Below, in pieces: positions 57,612 through 64,000 of a DNA stretch of 64,000 bases. The DNA is taken from positions 96,001 through 160,000 of the forward strand of contig JAWCCZ010000002.1 in the NCBI GenBank assembly GCA_038861545.1. The letters run 5' to 3'. Under the pieces are notes generated by a model. That model worked only from the letters and a program-made list of their open reading frames with translations. It was not told where the DNA came from and searched no databases. Numbering within the stretch: position 1 is the stretch's first letter; each line of letters starts with the position of its first letter. This DNA is from Thermofilaceae archaeon (GTDB lineage: Archaea > Thermoproteota > Thermoprotei > Thermofilales > Thermofilaceae). A program made the position numbers and the translations under genes.

Positions 57612-59114
57612 TTAGGATAAGCCTTTTAGCCGTAAGAGCAAGTTAACCAAGTATGGTTCAGTAAGCGCTAAGATGGCTAGACGCAACACGTCGGATATGA
57701 TCCCTGCTTTAAACATGTTCTTCACGTCAACTTTCTTCGACCCGTAAATTATCGCCATAGGTGGTGTCGTGGAGGGTATAGCGCTCGATATAGAGCATGC
57801 TAAAGCTGTTACGATAATTGGGGAAGTGGGGTTTAACCCAGCACCTTTGGCAATTGAAGCCACTAAAGGAACAGATACCATAGCTGAAGCTGTATTCGAA
57901 GCTGGAAAAGTGACAGCGAAGCCGACCAGTGCTCCGATAACGGAGAGAGAAAAAGGGTTCAGCTCGATACCCGTGTTAATTACTATAAGAGCTAGCCACT
58001 TGGAGAAACCACTAGTGTCTAGCGCTTTACCCATTGCTATGCCTCCACCGAAAAGGAAAATTACATTCCAGTCTATTCCTGAAGCTATTTCTTCGAAAGT
58101 AAGTAGCGGGCGCTTGCGGCTTCTTAATAAGCCTAAAAGAACTATTGCTAAGGCGGCAGGGGCAGCTTCAGGTAGTAGCCTTGACGCTGACGTTGCCATC
58201 TGGCTTAAACTCGGCTCTAAGGAAGCTGCGATCGATAAGATGCCCGGAATTAGCCAGAGAAATAGTGTAACTAAGAAAACTAGGAGAACCATTTTTTCCT
58301 CTATGCCCATTTTATCGAGGACGCTAACTTCCCTTTCGATTACTTCGCTCGCCTTAGAAACTCGCTTTTCCTCTACTTTAACCACCTTAAAGACTATAAT
58401 CCAGGAAACAATTAACCCGATTACTGCTTGAGGAGTACCGATGAGGAGCCAGTCGAAGAATGTTAACTTAAAGTTTGGGGTATACTGCTCCAGTACCTGT
58501 TTCGCCACAAGGTTTGGAGGTGTACTAATCAAGAAAAGCATAGCCCCTGCTGTGGCAGCTTCGCCTAAGGAGAGCATTGTGGCTTCCGCGAAGCTAGGGG
58601 AAAGCTTCAACATTTCGATGTATGAAAGTACTATAGGATAGACTACGGAGGTTGAAGCAGTTATAGAGCCGGTTACTGTGAGCAAGAAAACCGGTAGACA
58701 TGCAATGAATAATGCTGCAAGCATCGGTTTCTCCCCCTTGTAAATCCGTGCAACCCTGAGCGCAACTCTCTTATCAAGCCCCCAAACCCGGAATGCTTTT
58801 GCTAGAGTAAAGCCACTCATGAAAACCCAGATTATAGGGTCAGCAAAGCTGCGAAGCGCCTCGCTCCATGATATATAACCTAGTAAGCTGATGAGGGTGG
58901 CGGCAAGCAAACCTGTAAGACCGAGCGGGATTAACTCGAATACCCACCAAGTCGCGATCCATATTAGAACGCCTAAAGCAATTTGAGGAGCTTTCAGGCT
59001 TACTGCACCAACTTCTTTTGCAGCTACTTCGATAAAGGGGAGGGGAGGGGTAACCAGTAGCAGTAAGAAGAATAGGGGTCCTAAAAACCATTTAGTTAAT
59101 TGCCTCTTACTCAT
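57612..59114 (-). CDS. SLC13/DASS family anion:sodium symporter
   Basis: Many TM segments; STPPN, WNVIFLFGGG, SNTAS, STTPPMAI. Confidence 0.88.
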   Translation of the reverse strand: MSKRQLTKWFLGPLFFLLLLVTPPLPFIEVAAKEVGAVSLKAPQIALGVLIWIATWWVFELIPLGLTGLLAATLISLLGYISWSEALRSFADPIIWVFMSGFTLAKAFRVWGLDKRVALRVARIYKGEKPMLAALFIACLPVFLLTVTGSITASTSVVYPIVLSYIEMLKLSPSFAEATMLSLGEAATAGAMLFLISTPPNLVAKQVLEQYTPNFKLTFFDWLLIGTPQAVIGLIVSWIIVFKVVKVEEKRVSKASEVIEREVSVLDKMGIEEKMVLLVFLVTLFLWLIPGILSIAASLEPSLSQMATSASRLLPEAAPAALAIVLLGLLRSRKRPLLTFEEIASGIDWNVIFLFGGGIAMGKALDTSGFSKWLALIVINTGIELNPFSLSVIGALVGFAVTFPASNTASAMVSVPLVASIAKGAGLNPTSPIIVTALACSISSAIPSTTPPMAIIYGSKKVDVKNMFKAGIISDVLRLAILALTEPYLVNLLLRLKGLS

Positions 59115-59231
59115 GGAAAAGAAACTAGCTTTCAGGTATTATTGCTTTGCTATATGCTTTATAAAGTTATGCCTAATCGACTCAGCATGGGAAGTATAAG
59201 CTCCTTGGAGCTCACATTGTGAAGCTACTAT

Positions 59232-59987
59232 TCAATACACTTTAACGTAGTCTATCTCCAAATATGTTCTCAAGCGGTTCTCCTGAGTTAGGTGTCTGTA
59301 AACTCTGCCCGCGTCCCGCCTATTGTAGCCGAATACAGCGTTATCGATCCAGAAATCCACTCTAGCTTTAGACTCGTAACCCACGTTGGGAAGCCGCGCT
59401 ACGGGTTTCCCATCTATGTAGAAATAAACCCATCTTTCCCCCCAGTCGATTTTATAGATATGCCATTGTGTTAGGTCGAGATCCTGTACAGCAGGTTTTA
59501 CCGAGTGAATTAGAACCCCTACTTTACCCCCGCTTAGCTTTGAAAGCATACTAACTAAGGACAAGGATCCCCTGTAGAGCTTCAAAAGGTAAAAGTGGTT
59601 TCTAACCTGTGCAAAGAAGCCTTGAAACATGTATGGTCCACGGCTTTGAAGGTGGATGAACCAGATCGGCATGCATGAGTCAAAAACCATTGTATGATTC
59701 CAGAAACCCCAGCCAGCGCTACCGTAGTGGAGAAAACTTAATCTCACTTTAGCTTCAAAAGTTTTCCTATGCCAAAGTAGCTCGTCGAAGAGCCCATCGG
59801 AAAGCTCGGCATTCGAATAGTAGAGTGCCTCTGTAGGTCCTGTCCAAAGACGGATAACACTCTTTTCATGCTCGAAACCGGCAAAGTTATCCTTCCTGTA
59901 ATCCCAGTAATTACTCATCTCTTCAAAGTCATCGTATAAACTTCCGCTTTCCTCGATTCTCTTCCTCAGTTCATCTTTAGGAGTCAT
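59232..59987 (-). CDS. GH16/concanavalin-like beta-jelly-roll protein
   Basis: FEAKVR, WGFWN, WHIYKIDW...FYIDG, LEIDYVKVY; no ExDxxE motif. Confidence 0.6.
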   Translation of the reverse strand: MTPKDELRKRIEESGSLYDDFEEMSNYWDYRKDNFAGFEHEKSVIRLWTGPTEALYYSNAELSDGLFDELLWHRKTFEAKVRLSFLHYGSAGWGFWNHTMVFDSCMPIWFIHLQSRGPYMFQGFFAQVRNHFYLLKLYRGSLSLVSMLSKLSGGKVGVLIHSVKPAVQDLDLTQWHIYKIDWGERWVYFYIDGKPVARLPNVGYESKARVDFWIDNAVFGYNRRDAGRVYRHLTQENRLRTYLEIDYVKVY

Positions 59988-60177
59988 ACATAGACATTTA
60001 TTTCATCGCCTAATAAAACATACCGGATACGGTGGGTAGGAATTAGCGTAAAAGTTTAACTATCAAAACCTGGTAGTCCTAGAGAAGCCCAAGCTAAGTC
60101 TATAGCACCGTAACAATACAATCCATTTTATAAATTTAATATATAATGTTTTATGTAGAAAAATTTCAATATTTATC

Positions 60178-61488
60178 TCATCCTGAAACTGTTACTCCTT
60201 CGATTAGTGCATCGGGTGTATATATACCGGAATACGTGTCCTTTATTCTTCGAGCTAGCTTTATGTTATATGCGAGCTGGTAAATATTGCCGCTAACAGC
60301 AACAGGTTTAATCGGTACGAGTTCTCCGTCCTTTACTATATAAGGGTTAGAGGCTACAACACTAAAGTTCCCGGAAATGGGGTTTACTGTGTGGACACTA
60401 AGCAATCCTCCTTCTATAATGATTCTTGCCCCGTTTTCTAACTCCTTCTCAGGTAGAGACCCCCCGGCCACTATCAGGTTAGAGCTTCCAACCCCTACTA
60501 TACCTCTCGCCCTCACTGCGTTACCAGTGCTATGAACTCCCATCCTGCGAGCAGTGTAGGTGTTGTGGAGGTAACCTTTTAGAACACCGTTCTCCACCAG
60601 TAGAGACTTTCTTCGCGCTACACCTTCACCGTCAAAGAGGCTTGTCGAAAGACCTCCAGGCATTGTCCCGTCGTCTAAGATTGTCATGCTACCGAGCACG
60701 TTCTGGCTTAGCTTATTGGCAAGCGGGCTGAATCCCTCGAGAATATTCATCGCGTTAAAAGCTGGAACCAGAAGCGTCGATAAAAGCTCCGCAAAAGGCT
60801 CGGCTCGAAACAGCACCGATGCCTTAAATGATTCGTTAAGCTTGGTAGCTCGTGAAGCGTCGAGAGCTTGCCTAACAGCTTTCTCAATCACTGGGTGAAG
60901 GTTTGCCGTAAAGGAGCGGGATGCCATATTTGCGCCGCCAGCCCCCTCTCCAGCTTTTAGGTAAAGTCCAGCCCAAAAGAACGTACCTCGGTCTTCGACT
61001 GCAACGTTCCTCGAACTAGCAATACAGGTTTGCCCGCAACTTACTCCTACACCCGCTCCTGAAACTTTTACCCTAGGGTCAACCTGTGCCTCATCAATAA
61101 GCTGTCTAGTTAATTCGGAAAGCCAACTAAGCTCGGCTGTAGCCACACCCTCGTCGAAACCAATCCAGCTGTGCTTAGCGGGTTCCGGATCAGGTAAACC
61201 GTTCCAGTGTGGGTCTTCCTCAGCTTTAGAAGCTAGCTCAACCGCTTTTCTAACTATATCTTCAAGAACCCTTTTATCCAACGAGCTAGCCGTGGCTATA
61301 GAAACACGCTTCCCAAGAGCTGCTCTAACCTCCACCTGAGCTGTATTTGAGGCGGAAGCTTTTAAGTGTACACCCTCGGAGCGTACGTTTCTCCTAACTG
61401 AAGTAGAAACATATACCTCGGCTTCCCCTGCCCCAAATTCTAAGGCTCTCTTAACGCTCCACTCAGCTAAGGATAACAGATCGCTCAT
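60178..61488 (-). CDS. pmbA: TldE/PmbA family protein
   Basis: FDGEG, ENGVLKGYL, STGNA, SGNFS; no HExxxH; ATGA overlap with tldD. Confidence 0.88.
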   Translation of the reverse strand: MSDLLSLAEWSVKRALEFGAGEAEVYVSTSVRRNVRSEGVHLKASASNTAQVEVRAALGKRVSIATASSLDKRVLEDIVRKAVELASKAEEDPHWNGLPDPEPAKHSWIGFDEGVATAELSWLSELTRQLIDEAQVDPRVKVSGAGVGVSCGQTCIASSRNVAVEDRGTFFWAGLYLKAGEGAGGANMASRSFTANLHPVIEKAVRQALDASRATKLNESFKASVLFRAEPFAELLSTLLVPAFNAMNILEGFSPLANKLSQNVLGSMTILDDGTMPGGLSTSLFDGEGVARRKSLLVENGVLKGYLHNTYTARRMGVHSTGNAVRARGIVGVGSSNLIVAGGSLPEKELENGARIIIEGGLLSVHTVNPISGNFSVVASNPYIVKDGELVPIKPVAVSGNIYQLAYNIKLARRIKDTYSGIYTPDALIEGVTVSG

Positions 61489-62873
61489 TTGGTCTCACCT
61501 CCTACTAAGAGTTTAGTTCTTAACGTTGGACCACCGTCTCCTACATGCACCATTTGTCCCATTTTCCCGCATCCGCCGAACGGGCTAGTAGATATTGAAA
61601 CTGTTTTCGATACAGCATTCACGTGTTTAAGCATCTCCAGAATATTCCCAGCTAGAACTACGTCTTTCACCGGCTCCTTTATCTCACCATTTTCGATTAA
61701 GTAACCGATGCTTGCATTGAACGTAAATGTGCCATCCTCCTCTACTTGACCACCTCTAGGCTTATCTAAGAGCAAGCCGAACTTCGTATCGCGTATAATC
61801 TCTTCCTCGCTCCAGTCACCGGCTTCGAAAAACGTGTTCCGCATCCGTACGATTGGTTCATGGTAAAAATCTTGGGCTCTACCGTTCCCCGTCGGCTCCA
61901 TACCTAGAAGCGCCGCCGTTTCCCTGCTATGCAGGTAACCCTTCAGCAAACCCTTTTCCACCAGGGTAACTCTCGTTGTGGGAATACCCTCATCATCAAC
62001 TGGGAAAAATATTCCTCCCCGCTCGTCAATCCCTGCATCGACTATCGTGACAGCATCGCTAGCTATTTTCTCTCCAAAACGGCCGGCCAGAGGGCTTACA
62101 CCTGTGTATATCCCCTCACCTTCAGTGAGATGCCCGAAGCTCTCGTGCGCGAAAACTCCTGTGAGATCTGGACGAGTGATCACCGTTAACTCTCCTGCAG
62201 GAGGTCTTTTAGCCTTAAGCGAATCCCTAGCCATTGATAAGGCGCGCTCCGCTATAGCCTCCGGCGCGTTTTCACCCTTGTATGCTTCTACTCCCCTAGA
62301 TGTGCCATAAGTTTCGAAACCATCGCCGATGCTTCCCCCATCCCTTAACACCGCGGATGCTGATAAGCCGGTGACAAGCCTTTCAGACGTTACTTTCACG
62401 CCTTCGCTCGTGTAAAGCTCAATGCTTCCGTAGTACGCGCCGAACCTTACAGTTACAGAGGCCGCGCCGCCGCTTCTAGCTGTATCGTGCGTCCTCTTGA
62501 CGAGATCTAGCTTCTCTTCTACACTGACCTTAGATGGATGTTTCAGTGCGCTACTTATTAAGTAGCTGCCGGACTTCACTTCACCGGAGATCTTCTTCCC
62601 ACCTTCACCGATAGCCCGGGCCGCTTTCACAGCCTCCTCGACGGCCGACGTTAACCCCTCTACGCTTAGATTATGTGTTGATGCAAAGCCAAAGTTCCCG
62701 TTTACAAGCACCCTGACACCTGCGCCCTTAAGCCTCTGATAGCTTTGAGAAACCACCCTCCCATTCACGTATACGATAAGCTCTCTGGCGGTATCCTCGA
62801 GCCTTAGCTCGGCGAAGGAAACACCCAACTTAGAGGCGACTGACAGCGCGCGGTTAGCTAAATCTTCGTGCAC
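61485..62873 (-). CDS. tldD: TldD family metalloprotease
   Basis: HESFGHLTE (HExxxH), DDEG, TGNGR, RMRNT, GCGKMGQ. Confidence 0.92.
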   Translation of the reverse strand: MHEDLANRALSVASKLGVSFAELRLEDTARELIVYVNGRVVSQSYQRLKGAGVRVLVNGNFGFASTHNLSVEGLTSAVEEAVKAARAIGEGGKKISGEVKSGSYLISSALKHPSKVSVEEKLDLVKRTHDTARSGGAASVTVRFGAYYGSIELYTSEGVKVTSERLVTGLSASAVLRDGGSIGDGFETYGTSRGVEAYKGENAPEAIAERALSMARDSLKAKRPPAGELTVITRPDLTGVFAHESFGHLTEGEGIYTGVSPLAGRFGEKIASDAVTIVDAGIDERGGIFFPVDDEGIPTTRVTLVEKGLLKGYLHSRETAALLGMEPTGNGRAQDFYHEPIVRMRNTFFEAGDWSEEEIIRDTKFGLLLDKPRGGQVEEDGTFTFNASIGYLIENGEIKEPVKDVVLAGNILEMLKHVNAVSKTVSISTSPFGGCGKMGQMVHVGDGGPTLRTKLLVGGETK

Positions 62874-62963
62874 AGCAATTCCGTAAAGCCTCTTGTAAAA
62901 GTTTTTCGCACATCTGGCTAGATCTAACTAAATCGATTTTTACCCCCCCGTCGCTGTCCTAGT

Positions 62964-63359
62964 GTGGTTCACGAGTGGGCTCTAGCAGAGGCGATCATCA
63001 AGAAGTTAGAGGAAGTAGCTAAAGGATCGCCGGTTTCAAGCGCGGTTATAGCTGTGGGTGAGCTACAGAGCGTTGATATTGAGATCTTAACCTTCGCCAT
63101 CGATGAGTTGAAAAAAGGCACTAAACTCGAAAACGTACTTGTTCAAGTTGAAAAAGAACCGGCTGAGCTCGAGTGCTCCAACTGCGAACATAGATGGGCA
63201 TTCGGCAACACCGGGCTCGGCGAGGAAGAAAAGGAGGCGATACATTATGTGCCAGAGCTTGTACACGCTTTTGTTCGATGCCCTAAGTGTGGTAGCCCTG
63301 ACTTCCGTATCGTGCAAGGCCGTGGGGTTTGGATTAAGGCTGTAGAACTGGGTGGTTAA
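62964..63359 (+). CDS. hypA: Hydrogenase nickel incorporation protein HypA
   Basis: HEWALA, GELQ, CSNC, CPKCGS...GRG. Confidence 0.93.
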   Translation: MVHEWALAEAIIKKLEEVAKGSPVSSAVIAVGELQSVDIEILTFAIDELKKGTKLENVLVQVEKEPAELECSNCEHRWAFGNTGLGEEEKEAIHYVPELVHAFVRCPKCGSPDFRIVQGRGVWIKAVELGG

Positions 63360-64000
63360 GTGGACCCGAGACCGGCAATCGTTGATGAAAGACTGAAAGG
63401 GGTTTCTAGGATTATACTAGTCTGTAGCGGGAAAGGCGGAGTAGGTAAAAGCTTAGTAGCTTCGCTTTCATCACTGCTGGCTGCTCGAGAAGGGTTGCGC
63501 GTAGGCCTGCTGGACATAGACTTCTACGGGCCATCTTGCCACGCAATACTCGGTGCCAGTAGCGCGAAAACGGTAGAGGATAAAGGGTTAATCCCTCCAA
63601 CAGTAGCCGGCGTAAAGCTAATGTCTATAAACTTTTTCGCTGAAGAACAGCCGCTGCCATTGAGAGGAGAAGAAATCACAGATGTCCTGCTCGAGTTACT
63701 CGCGGTAACTATCTGGGATAGCTTAGATTTACTATTCATCGATTCGCCCCCCGGAACAGGCGAGGAAATACTCGATACAGTTAAAATCGTGAAAAGGGCT
63801 GAGGCGCTGACCGTCACCACCCCCTCAAGGCTGTCCCTGTCAACCGTGTCGAGGCTAGTTAAACTACTCCGCGAGCTTCGAATACCGGTTCTAGGTTTGA
63901 TAGAGAATTTAGGGCGAGGAGAAGACACTGTTCGCCGAAGAGCAGAAGAATGGGGGGTGATGTACTTGGGATGGCTGCCGTACTATCCTGACCTAGAGGT
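63360..64000 (+). CDS. mrp: Mrp/NBP35-family P-loop ATPase (runs off window end)
   Basis: GTG directly after the hypA stop: MDPRPAIVDERLKGVSRIILVCSGKGGVGKS, LLDIDFYGPS, IDSPPGTG, IENL. Confidence 0.9.
   Translation, partial: MDPRPAIVDERLKGVSRIILVCSGKGGVGKSLVASLSSLLAAREGLRVGLLDIDFYGPSCHAILGASSAKTVEDKGLIPPTVAGVKLMSINFFAEEQPLPLRGEEITDVLLELLAVTIWDSLDLLFIDSPPGTGEEILDTVKIVKRAEALTVTTPSRLSLSTVSRLVKLLRELRIPVLGLIENLGRGEDTVRRRAEEWGVMYLGWLPYYPDLE

Noticed and set aside
57769-58431. 220-aa plus-strand ORF and similar antisense ORFs (11825-12346, 50168-50623, 55090-55515, 63524-63928)
   Set aside because: Shadows of well-supported genes on the opposite strand

Overview
Chromosomal segment of a thermophilic archaeon, most consistent with Thermoproteota of the Thermofilaceae type. 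This assignment is inferred from TATA boxes about 25 nt upstream of apparently leaderless starts, frequent GTG/TTG starts, archaeal-type ThyA, VapBC pairs, a DUF3782-like coiled-coil nuclease and hypA-mrp. It is an accessory, heterotrophy-oriented region with about 50 CDS. It holds many CAZymes (GH5-like, GH99, GH123/DUF4091, GH42-like, GH94, GH3, AGE-family epimerase, GH16-fold protein), hydrolases and peptidases, redox enzymes, an ABC-2 exporter and several surface proteins. It also holds two VapBC modules, an RHH/DUF5678 + retropepsin pair and several decayed gene remnants. No rRNA, intact tRNA, CRISPR array, transposase or integrase was found. The best candidate for an undescribed system is a translationally coupled luxE-like / luxC-like / extended-SDR operon (6436-10153) with no luciferase, next to an alpha/beta-hydrolase; it would be an archaeal carboxylic-acid-to-aldehyde/alcohol reduction module. 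Other notable items are a non-canonical DapA-family + dihydropyrimidine-dehydrogenase-like operon, a membrane-anchored MTA/SAH nucleosidase, a Cys-phosphatase-HD fusion and a Cys-rich surface metalloprotease. All family calls come from motif recognition by eye, not database searches.
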